A stretch of DNA of 64,000 nucleotides from an uncultured Bacteriovoracaceae bacterium. GTDB lineage: Bacteria > Bdellovibrionota > UBA1018. The stretch spans positions 61,702 to 125,701 of the forward strand of contig CAYIHX010000005.1 of NCBI GenBank assembly GCA_964363305.1. Direction: 5' to 3'. The notes under the pieces were generated by a model, which was given only the letters and a program-made list of their open reading frames with translations, was not told where the DNA came from and searched no databases. The translations under genes and the position numbers were made by a program. Of the stretch, positions 38,235-46,114 are shown one piece after another; within the stretch, counting starts at the first letter, position 1, and every line of letters starts with the position of its first letter.

Positions 38235-39358
38235 CCATGCACCTCACCTTCGTCTTCGGCACCCGACCCGAAACCATCAAGATGGCCCCCCTTATTCTCG
38301 CAGCTAGGAAGCTCGGCCATCGTGCTGAAGTGGTACTGACGGGGCAGCACCGCGAAATGGCCCGGCAGATGTTGCGCGTGTTTGGCATCGAGGCGGATCT
38401 CGACCTCGGCGTCATGGTTCCCAATCAGACGTTGGCTGGGTTGAGCGCGCGAGTGCTTCTCGCTTTGGATGAAAAACTCTCGCCCTCGGTGAAGCGTGAC
38501 TGGCTGCTTGTTCAGGGCGATACAACGACGGCTTTCATCGCCGGATACTGGGCGTTTATGCGCGGCATCCCCGTCGCGCATGTGGAAGCGGGCCTGAGGA
38601 CGCATGACCTGCGGGCGCCTTTTCCCGAAGAGGCGAATCGGCAGCTGCTTTCTCGGATTGCGACGATGCACTTTGCGCCGACCGCGCAGGCGGCGCGGGC
38701 GTTGGGGCGCGAGGGGATTCCGCGCGCCCTCGTCAAAGTGGTGGGGAACTCGGGCATTGACGCTTTGCTCTGGGTAGTGGAGCGGCTCAAACGCCCGGGT
38801 TCGGGGGGCGTGTCGGCCGAGGATCGGCTGCCTCGTGATTTGCTCGCGCAGCTGGGCGACCGGCGCGTCGTGCTCATCACGGCTCATCGACGAGAGAGTT
38901 TTGGGCCGGACTTCGATGATCTTTGCATGGGCATCCAGACTGCGGCGCTGAAGCATTCTGACTGTGTGTTCGTGTATCCGGTTCACCCGAACCCGAACGT
39001 GCGCGCCCCGGTCGAGAAGTGGCTCAGTGGAATTCCAAACGTGCTGGTGATCGAGCCGCTTTCGTATGTTCCGTTCATCGAGCTGATGATGCGCGCGTCG
39101 GCGTTGCTGACGGATTCGGGTGGCATGCAAGAGGAGGCGCCGACGTTAAAGAAGCCAGTCATCGTGATGCGCAACACAACGGAGCGGCCGGAAGGGGTGA
39201 AGGCGGGGTTTTCTCGCTTAGTGGGAACCGACTCGCGAAAGATCGAGCAGGCCGTGACTCGTGCTTTGAAGCGGGGGTGCGAGGGGCGGGGCAAGAACCC
39301 TTATGGGGATGGGAAGGCTTCCGAGCGGATGATTCGGGCGCTAAATAGATGCTCCTAA
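38231..39358 (+). CDS. wecB: UDP-N-acetylglucosamine 2-epimerase (non-hydrolysing)
   Basis: MHLTFVFGTRPETIKMAPL...HVEAGLRT...DSGG are Epimerase_2 family hallmarks. Confidence 0.85.
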   Translation: MTMHLTFVFGTRPETIKMAPLILAARKLGHRAEVVLTGQHREMARQMLRVFGIEADLDLGVMVPNQTLAGLSARVLLALDEKLSPSVKRDWLLVQGDTTTAFIAGYWAFMRGIPVAHVEAGLRTHDLRAPFPEEANRQLLSRIATMHFAPTAQAARALGREGIPRALVKVVGNSGIDALLWVVERLKRPGSGGVSAEDRLPRDLLAQLGDRRVVLITAHRRESFGPDFDDLCMGIQTAALKHSDCVFVYPVHPNPNVRAPVEKWLSGIPNVLVIEPLSYVPFIELMMRASALLTDSGGMQEEAPTLKKPVIVMRNTTERPEGVKAGFSRLVGTDSRKIEQAVTRALKRGCEGRGKNPYGDGKASERMIRALNRCS

Positions 39359-39547
39359 AGAGCCTACTGGAGAGTGGGTCTTTATCGTCGCTCGTGCTGC
39401 TCACGTTTTGGCGAGGCAGGAGATCAATACGATCATATGGATATTCGTGACATTTGGGGTGTGTATCCCCATGTAGAGGATAAAATCCATACTATCGTAT
39501 ATGTTTTATTGTTTTTGATGTTCGATTTGCGTCAAAATGAGAACTAT

Positions 39548-39563
39548 CTATACGATCGTATAG
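39548..39563. promoter_or_regulatory. Perfect 16-bp palindrome ctatacgatcgtatag (candidate HipB operator), with a related half-site copy at about 39489..39502
   Basis: Read directly. It lies about 18 bp upstream of the hipB start in an AT-rich leader. A second similar site, atactatcgtatat, sits 45 bp upstream. Confidence 0.4.
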
Positions 39564-39580
39564 AAAATGGGGTGTAGACC

Positions 39581-39832
39581 ATGCAGGTAATGACCAACAA
39601 ACGGGGATCGCCTCTCGCGGAAGTACTGCTCAGGCGCCGACGGGCACTGGGTATTACTCAGGAGCAACTGGCCAAATTTGCAGAATGCAGTGTTCCTTAC
39701 ATCTACTTGCTGGAGAGTGGAAAAACCACCGTTCGTATCGACAAGCTGATCGCCGTTCTCTCGGTTCTAGGGCTTCAGTTAAGGGTAGAGGCCGGTAAAG
39801 AAGGGCTGAAAATCGACGAGAAACTCAAATGA
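39581..39832 (+). CDS. hipB: XRE-family HTH antitoxin/regulator, HipB-like
   Basis: LRRRRALGITQEQLAKFAECSVPYIYLLESGK is an XRE HTH. It has a 4-nt overlap (ATGA) with the downstream hipA. Confidence 0.7.
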   Translation: MQVMTNKRGSPLAEVLLRRRRALGITQEQLAKFAECSVPYIYLLESGKTTVRIDKLIAVLSVLGLQLRVEAGKEGLKIDEKLK

Positions 39833-41070
39833 CCTGGGAGGAGATCAAGCACGTCAATACCGCTGATGTTTTTAGAGACTCGGTCTTGGTGGGAAAGATT
39901 TCGCGTATAGATCGGGGATCGGCTTTTGAGTACGACACAAATTACCTGGAGGGAGCGGACCGCGGCGGCGGAATCGCGTTTCATCTTCCTCATTTACGGA
40001 GAAGGCATGAGACGTCGGGAGTGAATCTCCACACCTACTTCGCGGGTCTTCTCCCTGAGGGCCTTCGCTTGAGAGCCTTGACGAAGCGGATGAAGACCTC
40101 GGAAGACGATCTCCTGAGCTTGCTGATTGCCACGGGTGGCGATTGCATCGGTGATGTTTCAGTTGTTCCTGAAAATCAACAACCCTCGAAGAAGGCGGTG
40201 CCTACGGTCGAGGTAAAAAATTTGAGAAAAGTCGTGTTCGCTGAGCTCTTCGAGCGAAGCATCGACTATGATGCGACTCAAAGTCCGGAACCTGAATCCA
40301 GCATCCCCGGTGTGCAGGAAAAAATATCAGCCGCGACGATTTCTTTTCCTGTGAAAACAAAAAAGACTCATGGTTCGTTTATCTTGAAACTCAATCCTCC
40401 CGACAAGCCGCGACTTGTTGAAAATGAGGATTTTTTTCTTCGCATGGCCAGAGCCTGTGGCCTCGAAGTGCCGAATGCCAAGCTTGTCAGGGACCGAGAA
40501 AACAATACCGGAATTTTGATCGAGAGATTTGACCGGATCCTTGTCCCCAAGGATCGGACGACTTTGAAGGTGCATCAGGAGGACGCCTGCCAGTTTCTTA
40601 ATCGCTACCCGTCTGAAAAATATCGCATCAAGTGCTCGGAAATCGCGGAAGGCCTCGCTGAATTTTGTTCCAGCTCTTCAGTGGAAACCTCGCGTTTCAT
40701 TCGTCTGCTTGCGTTTTCGTACCTGATTGGAAACGGGGATTTGCATGCGAAGAACGTCAGCGTTCAAGTCAAACCAGATACAAACGTCGTTACGATGACC
40801 CCGGCCTACGACCTTCTGACTACCTTGCCTTATGGTGATTCCCGAATGGCGCTTCAGTTCGAGGGACGGAGCGATAATTTCAAGAGGGCTTACTTCGTTG
40901 ATTTCGGTGAAAGATACGGAGTGAATAGAGCGATGACCCAATCGATCCTTGACGAGGTTTGCTCCCAGTCACAGTGCTGGGTGGATCGAGTGGGCGAAAT
41001 CGGTTTAGCCGCGAAAAAGACGGCGCAACTTAAATCTCTCATGAGAAAACGTCTCCTGGATCTCCGCTAA
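39829..41070 (+). CDS. hipA: HipA-family serine/threonine kinase toxin
   Basis: HipA N- and C-domain organisation. The catalytic loop IGNGDLHAKNVSV matches the D-x-H-x-K-N motif, about 413 aa. Confidence 0.8.
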   Translation: MTWEEIKHVNTADVFRDSVLVGKISRIDRGSAFEYDTNYLEGADRGGGIAFHLPHLRRRHETSGVNLHTYFAGLLPEGLRLRALTKRMKTSEDDLLSLLIATGGDCIGDVSVVPENQQPSKKAVPTVEVKNLRKVVFAELFERSIDYDATQSPEPESSIPGVQEKISAATISFPVKTKKTHGSFILKLNPPDKPRLVENEDFFLRMARACGLEVPNAKLVRDRENNTGILIERFDRILVPKDRTTLKVHQEDACQFLNRYPSEKYRIKCSEIAEGLAEFCSSSSVETSRFIRLLAFSYLIGNGDLHAKNVSVQVKPDTNVVTMTPAYDLLTTLPYGDSRMALQFEGRSDNFKRAYFVDFGERYGVNRAMTQSILDEVCSQSQCWVDRVGEIGLAAKKTAQLKSLMRKRLLDLR

Positions 41071-41160
41071 TTCGAGGTAAAGGGCGAATCGCCTCCGGGC
41101 TGGGCAGTGGGAGCTTGAGGTAGTCCTGGCCGCTTTCTGGATCGCGACTGATTTCATGAA

Positions 41161-41748
41161 TTGGTTGAGGCGGCCCGAGATTGTCGGTATATCCACGGAA
41201 TGCAAAAGTCTCTCGAGACCGATCGTCTCATTTTGCGTCCCTTGAAATTGAGCGATTATGCCTTCGTGCGCACGCTTCATACAGATCCGAAAGTGATGCG
41301 CTACATTGCAAGCGGGCCCGCCAGGTCGGAAGCCCAAACGCGGGAGTCCATTCAAAAGTCTCTCGCCATGAAAGAGGCAAATCCATGCCTGGGAACCTGG
41401 ATCGCGGAGCTGCGCGAAACTCAGGTGACGATGGGGACATTGATTTTGAGAACACCCGCTACGGCCGAAAAGACCGAGGGCATTGAGATTGGCTTTATTT
41501 TCGCCGCCGAACACTGGGGCAAGGGTTACGCGACCGAAGCGTCCCGCCGGTTGATCCAGTATGTGCATGATGCCCTGGGTGATGTGCGTATCGTGGCGCT
41601 GATCAATGCCGCGAATCAGGCCTCGAGAAATACGCTTCAGAAGCTTGGCTTCAAGACCGTCGGCACCACCGAATACGTGAATCCCGTCGGGGGCGAGGTT
41701 CTGCCCAGCGAGATCCTTGAGTACCAGACCTTAGACCCCACTCCATAA
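41161..41748 (+). CDS. GNAT N-acetyltransferase (RimJ/RimL-like)
   Basis: TDRLILRPLKLSDYAFVRTLHTDPKVMRYI...FIFAAEHWGKGYATEA...LQKLGF is a RimJ/L-type GNAT. The likely start is MQKSLETDRL (about 41200). Confidence 0.7.
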   Translation: MVEAARDCRYIHGMQKSLETDRLILRPLKLSDYAFVRTLHTDPKVMRYIASGPARSEAQTRESIQKSLAMKEANPCLGTWIAELRETQVTMGTLILRTPATAEKTEGIEIGFIFAAEHWGKGYATEASRRLIQYVHDALGDVRIVALINAANQASRNTLQKLGFKTVGTTEYVNPVGGEVLPSEILEYQTLDPTP

Positions 41749-42011
41749 ATGGCAGACAATTATGGAGCATGCTCAAGAGACGTCTGCTGGTTGATCAGTA
41801 CTCCAGTTTTTTGGCTGAACTGCACGCGGCCTGAGCGGATATAGCTTCCGGGAATTCGTTTTTCATCGAATAGAAGCGGAGCTTTGCGCGGCTCGATCAA
41901 GGGTTACGTAGTTTTTTGAGGGACGGTCCTTTAGGCAGAGGGTTCTGAGAAAGAAGCTCTTTCCGCATTGACGGGGTTCGAGGAGAAGGGCGACGTGTTC
42001 TTGGAAGTGGC

Positions 42012-42058
42012 ATATATGTTCAATTATTGCAGTCTGAGTGCAATAATTGAACATATAT
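42012..42058. repeat. Perfect AT-rich inverted repeat with 20-bp arms and a 7-nt spacer
   Basis: atatatgttcaattattgca-gtctgag-tgcaataattgaacatatat, read and reverse-complemented by hand. It lies in a 466-bp intergenic region of an otherwise GC-rich genome. Confidence 0.6.
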
Positions 42059-42215
42059 AACTTCTGATTTGGGGGGATTGCGATCGTGCCAGTAGGGACG
42101 AGAAGTCAGCGTTCTGAGCGAAAGGGGCTCTGGTTCGGCGTAGCTGGTGGTTTTGACATCGGCCAGTCAGTGGGTCAGGATTGGGACATAAGCGGACCTG
42201 TTGGGAAGGTAGTCA

Positions 42216-42626
42216 ATGCCAAAGAAGAAGAATGACAAGAGAGCTGAAATCCATCCTTGGCGGCCTTGCCCAGCAGGTGAGCACTGGGTCGCGACTCACT
42301 CATTGCAGATTCCTCCAAGTGGCAGACATCCCGCCGGCACCGTAACGACCCGGCACGCGCATTGTGCATTGAATCCTTCGAAGAAAGATCAACTCTATCC
42401 TGCGGAAATTCATGAAATCGCCGTTCGGCATTTTTTGAAATTGGAGAAGATGCCCTGCCCACTTGCTCTAAAGTTTGGCAAAGAGGGGAACGCGTATGAT
42501 GATCTCATTGCCGGTTGGGTTCAGTATCCGAACCTTTTCAAGGCTCTCGTCGCTTCGGAGTCCAGATTCAAACCAGACATTTTAGCCGACAAGAAAAATC
42601 AGAACAGCAGCGTGCCAAGGAGCTGA
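42216..42626 (+). CDS. Hypothetical protein
   Basis: 136-aa ORF with a Lys-rich N-terminus (MPKKKNDKR) and no recognisable domain. ggaaggtag precedes the ATG. Confidence 0.4.
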   Translation: MPKKKNDKRAEIHPWRPCPAGEHWVATHSLQIPPSGRHPAGTVTTRHAHCALNPSKKDQLYPAEIHEIAVRHFLKLEKMPCPLALKFGKEGNAYDDLIAGWVQYPNLFKALVASESRFKPDILADKKNQNSSVPRS

Positions 42627-42663
42627 TGGGCCGCTTCCTAGGATACCTGGAGGAGTATAAGAA

Positions 42664-43221
42664 ATGTGGCAAGTCCTCATCATAGGTCTGTTCGCGCCTT
42701 TCACGGTGAATGCCGAGGTGCCATCGGCGCACTTGGGCGCGAGGTTTCCGTATGGCCTTCTTGGGGATGACTTCGGGCTCCTCGCGGCATGCATTGCCAC
42801 ACCCGAGCCTTTCTCACCTGACTCTACCGAGTACCCCTACTGGCAGTGCTTTTCGGTCCAAGAGGCATCCTTTGAATGCGACAGCACGGGCTATGACGGG
42901 AGTGAAAAGTCAGTCATGGCGATCATGGCCATTGTCGCTCGGAAAAACGGCGAAGAGCATGAATACCTATCTCGACGGGCGATTCCCATGAAAGGGTGTC
43001 GCGCCCATGAGAGTGAATGGAAAAAACTGACGGCGCGCCGAAAACATGTCTGTCTGTCGGGGGCACTGATCAGGATTGAGACGACCACGGAGGGGAAGAG
43101 CGTCGGACACTGGATCTTTGAAGCACTCAAGACCGACAAAGGGTGCGATTCCTATTTCGCCGGGGGATGCGATTTAAAGTACCAGGTGAAACACGGGTGC
43201 GAGATCGCGCGGAGGAATTGA
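42664..43221 (+). CDS. Secreted cysteine-rich hypothetical protein
   Basis: Signal peptide MWQVLIIGLFAPFTVNA and about 10 Cys including CDSTGY, KGC, GGCDLKYQVKHGC. ggaggag lies 6 nt upstream. Confidence 0.5.
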   Translation: MWQVLIIGLFAPFTVNAEVPSAHLGARFPYGLLGDDFGLLAACIATPEPFSPDSTEYPYWQCFSVQEASFECDSTGYDGSEKSVMAIMAIVARKNGEEHEYLSRRAIPMKGCRAHESEWKKLTARRKHVCLSGALIRIETTTEGKSVGHWIFEALKTDKGCDSYFAGGCDLKYQVKHGCEIARRN

Positions 43222-43269
43222 AGAGTTCGCTTTTCCAACTTGCCAGGCCCTCGCGATGAGGCGACACCA

Positions 43270-43788
43270 TCACCCCAGTTCGTCGAATAGCTCTTCCAGA
43301 AAAAACTGCGTCTTGGCGGGGATCGCTTTTCGTGGGTAATAATTTTCGATGAGTTCAAAAACTTGTTCTGGGCTTTTGATTTTAAAAAAACGGATGAGGG
43401 TTTTGAGATCTTGAGCGTCGTGGGTGTCGAAGCGAGCGCTGATCGCTTTCATCGCAAGCAGGTAAGGAGTGGGAGGAATCCAGACCGTGAGGTGAGGCAG
43501 GTCGAGGATGACTTGTCTTGGGCTGGAGTTGGCCGGCATGAACCCTTTGACGGCGTCGTTAATCCAGTCGTTGGGGAGCCCGAGTCGAGGGGCGATCCGC
43601 GCCGCGGCTTCCCGAATCTGAGACGAAGGCTCGAAAATGGCGTCGACATCTTTCGTGGCTTTCCTTGCGTTGAAGGCTAGCACCATCGCTGCACCGCCCA
43701 CGATGCCGATCTCGCCTCGTAGTCCCTCTTTCGAAAGTTCTTCCTCAAGTCGGTGAAGTGCCTGAATGATCTGATCCTGAGTCATGTT
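43270..43788 (-). CDS. Minimal nucleotidyltransferase with an AbiEii-like GG[ST]A-x(n)-R-x-[ST]-x-D-[IV]-D motif
   Basis: GIVGGAAMVLAFNARKATKDVDAIFEP resembles the AbiEii/DUF1814 NTase motif, but the protein is only about 171 aa. The likely start is MTQDQII (about 43788). Confidence 0.55.
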   Translation of the reverse strand, partial: NMTQDQIIQALHRLEEELSKEGLRGEIGIVGGAAMVLAFNARKATKDVDAIFEPSSQIREAAARIAPRLGLPNDWINDAVKGFMPANSSPRQVILDLPHLTVWIPPTPYLLAMKAISARFDTHDAQDLKTLIRFFKIKSPEQVFELIENYYPRKAIPAKTQFFLEELFDELG

Positions 43789-43792
43789 TTTT

Positions 43793-44173
43793 CTATACTC
43801 GGTTGAGAAAATTTCCCAAGACGAAGATATTATTTTGCCTGAAAGGGGTTGGGCTTTCCTGAAGCGCACTGGCTTTCAGATTTTCTATTCCAGAGACGAA
43901 GTAAGGTGCAGGTAGAAACTGGGGGCGCGTTGCCCACCATGGTTCGGGAATGTCGAGTTCTTGTGCCAGCGCTCGGGCGGTCGCATTGATGACCGCGCGC
44001 TCTCGCGTTCGCCGGGAGCGCGAGTAAAGGCGTTTCAATGCTTCGAATGTGCGGGTGCGACGAGCCTCATCGACCGCATCAAAGAAGGGCACCCAATCGG
44101 TGAGGTCACGACGCGGGGGGCGTCCGGCTTTTCTGGTGAGGCGTGGTGCCGGGAGCATACGAGGGTGACTCAT
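43793..44173 (-). CDS. Small Arg-rich basic protein upstream of the NTase (candidate partner or DNA-binding component)
   Basis: 126-aa ORF with N-terminus PRLTRKAGRPPRRDL (AT-hook-like). It abuts the NTase gene with a 4-nt gap. Confidence 0.4.
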   Translation of the reverse strand: MSHPRMLPAPRLTRKAGRPPRRDLTDWVPFFDAVDEARRTRTFEALKRLYSRSRRTRERAVINATARALAQELDIPEPWWATRPQFLPAPYFVSGIENLKASALQESPTPFRQNNIFVLGNFLNRV

Positions 44174-44279
44174 CTCTTCAGGGTAGATGATTTCGTGAAT
44201 TAAGGCAATTATGTATAACTATATAATATTACGTGATTATATCATATTATCGATTTGCTCCATCTGAAAGAACCTTGAG

Positions 44280-44327
44280 TATACAATACACCGAATCGAC
44301 ATAAGTGTCGATTCGGTGTATTGTATA
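44280..44327. repeat. Perfect inverted repeat with 22-bp arms and a 4-nt spacer in a divergent promoter region
   Basis: tatacaatacaccgaatcgaca-taag-tgtcgattcggtgtattgtata. It lies between the divergent genes at 44173(-) and 44548(+), flanked by a very AT-rich stretch (44195..44270). Confidence 0.6.
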
Positions 44328-44547
44328 AATATGACAGAACGGCACTCATTTCTCTCGGTCTCCAAAAATCATTCAGACATCCGAGCCGAAACAAACGGAG
44401 ACGACGCAGAGATGGAAACTCTCTTTGAGTTTGGCGAATAGCGAGTCGCTTCTGCATACAAAAATCGAGTTTTCCCGTCGGCAGGCGGCCCGCCATGCGA
44501 TTTGACGCTGGAGAGGGGGTGGTTGATCAGTTGGAGAAGATGAAGTC

Positions 44548-45171
44548 ATGAATCTGGTCGACGCTTTCTCCAGACTGCGGGGACTCAAGCCGGGTACCTT
44601 TCAGACCTCGGATGCGGCAGTTTGCCTGGGGGTCACTCGGGGTGCCGCTAGCAAGATTCTCTCGCGGCTCGCCGACCGTAAGCTTCTGGTTTGCTTGACC
44701 CGCGGGCGGTGGGGGATGGCTGGAAAAGTGGATCGTCTGGCCGTACCCGAGGCGCTCACGGCGCCCTGGCCGAGTTACGTTTCCTTGCAGAGTGCGCTGT
44801 TCCACCATGGAATGATTGAGCAGATCCCGGAGGTGATTTATGCCGTCTCTCTGAGTCGCGCTCGTCGATTCGAAAACGCGCTCGGAGTGTATTCCATTCA
44901 TCAGGTGCAGCCCGATTTTTTTTGGGGATTTGATACGGTGGGCCCGCAGGGACTGAAAATCGCCACGCCGGAGAAAGCTTTGCTCGACGTGCTTTATCTC
45001 AGCACCGCGCGATCTAGGCTCTTCAAGAGACTGCCCGAGCTTGAGCTGACAAAAAAATTCAGTGTCAAGCGGGCCCGTGAAATGATCGGGCGGATCAAAT
45101 CACCCCAGCGCCGCAGTCTCGTGGCCTCTCGGTTTGAGGCGATGATTCTAAATCTAAAGAGGGCGCGGTAA
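44548..45171 (+). CDS. AbiEi-like antitoxin/transcriptional regulator (N-terminal wHTH, AbiEi_4-type)
   Basis: FQTSDAAVCLGVTRGAASKILSRLADRKLLVCLTRGRWGMAG matches the AbiEi N-terminal pattern, about 207 aa. Confidence 0.6.
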   Translation: MNLVDAFSRLRGLKPGTFQTSDAAVCLGVTRGAASKILSRLADRKLLVCLTRGRWGMAGKVDRLAVPEALTAPWPSYVSLQSALFHHGMIEQIPEVIYAVSLSRARRFENALGVYSIHQVQPDFFWGFDTVGPQGLKIATPEKALLDVLYLSTARSRLFKRLPELELTKKFSVKRAREMIGRIKSPQRRSLVASRFEAMILNLKRAR

Positions 45172-45199
45172 GGCGAGATGGAAGTCCGGATGCGCGCCA

Positions 45200-46114
45200 C
45201 TAAAATAAGAATATTTCGCGCGAACCGGATCGAATGAGTTCCCGTATGTCAGGCGTCTCATCGAGGACGATTCGATGGACCCGACAGTAACGGGACCAGG
45301 GGCCGGGCACGGCTCGGTCGCATAAGATGGGGGAGCGCAGTGTAATCGACTGAACTTTGGATGTTGATCGAGCTGCTATTCGGTCTCGAAAAAGGTCATA
45401 TCCGGTTTGAGTGGAAAAAAAGTAGGCTCGTTTCTCATAGAGATCTCTCAGTTGGTCGGAAGATTCACCAGAACTGATGCGTAGGGCCTCTACATTTCTT
45501 AGAAGCTCGATCTTTGCGTGAGCTAATGCTTCGGTTTCATTTGCCCTACAAGAGAAGCCAAATGCGTAACGTCCGGGCGCGTATGTGTTTTGAATCAAGG
45601 CGAAATAGTAGGTGTGGGAGTCAAAGTAAATTTGAGCGCCGAACGTATCTTGGGTTCTGAAATCTCGTTGGAGGGAGATGGATCCACGCCAGGCATTGAG
45701 GAGGACGTGTCGCTCGAGAGCCTCGCATAAGGCGTGCTGACGACAGGCCTTGAGGTCCGAAACTCCACGTGCAGCCATCCCATGTGTAGAGGTGGACCAG
45801 TCGAGGGCAAGTTGGCTCTTTCGAGAACTGTCCGGCGAGGACATGCATTCAACGAAAGCCCACCGTTCCATCGCCTCAAAGATGGCCTTTCGAATGGAGT
45901 GAATCCGGCTTGCATCGGTTCCACAGCCAGGTGCTGAGCTGTAGAGCAGGCTATGCGGCGCAAGCGAGTGGAGAAGGTCGGGGTGAATCCATGCGGAAGC
46001 TTGCCAGAAGTTTTCTGATTTGAGTTGAATGGTGGTAATTTTAGAAATGGGTCCGGTGGGCAGCGTGGATTGAAAAAGGCGTAAATCGTTTTGGAGCTGT
46101 TTGAAGATACTCAC
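45200..46114 (-). CDS. Short YcaO-domain protein
   Basis: Two YcaO hallmark motifs. GCGTDASRIHSIRKAIFEAMER resembles E. coli YcaO GKGATKKAALASALGEYFER. GMAARGVSDLKACRQHALCEALER resembles SAGNTRNEARVQGLSEVFER. It is about 304 aa and overlaps the upstream SBP gene by 4 nt. Confidence 0.6.
   Translation of the reverse strand: MSIFKQLQNDLRLFQSTLPTGPISKITTIQLKSENFWQASAWIHPDLLHSLAPHSLLYSSAPGCGTDASRIHSIRKAIFEAMERWAFVECMSSPDSSRKSQLALDWSTSTHGMAARGVSDLKACRQHALCEALERHVLLNAWRGSISLQRDFRTQDTFGAQIYFDSHTYYFALIQNTYAPGRYAFGFSCRANETEALAHAKIELLRNVEALRISSGESSDQLRDLYEKRAYFFSTQTGYDLFRDRIAARSTSKVQSITLRSPILCDRAVPGPWSRYCRVHRIVLDETPDIRELIRSGSREIFLF

Noticed and set aside
38207-39130. 307-aa antisense ORF across the UDP-GlcNAc 2-epimerase gene
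   Set aside because: Arg/His-rich and low complexity. The sense frame carries unmistakable epimerase motifs.
41863-42054. 63-aa ORF spanning the 20-bp-arm palindrome
   Set aside because: It is coding through a perfect palindrome in an AT-rich gap. The DNA element is the more likely feature.
44242-44588. Two small ORFs (84 and 71 aa) in the divergent promoter region containing the 22-bp-arm palindrome
   Set aside because: They overlap the operator and promoter region and the AbiEi-like gene start, and have no supporting RBS or motif.
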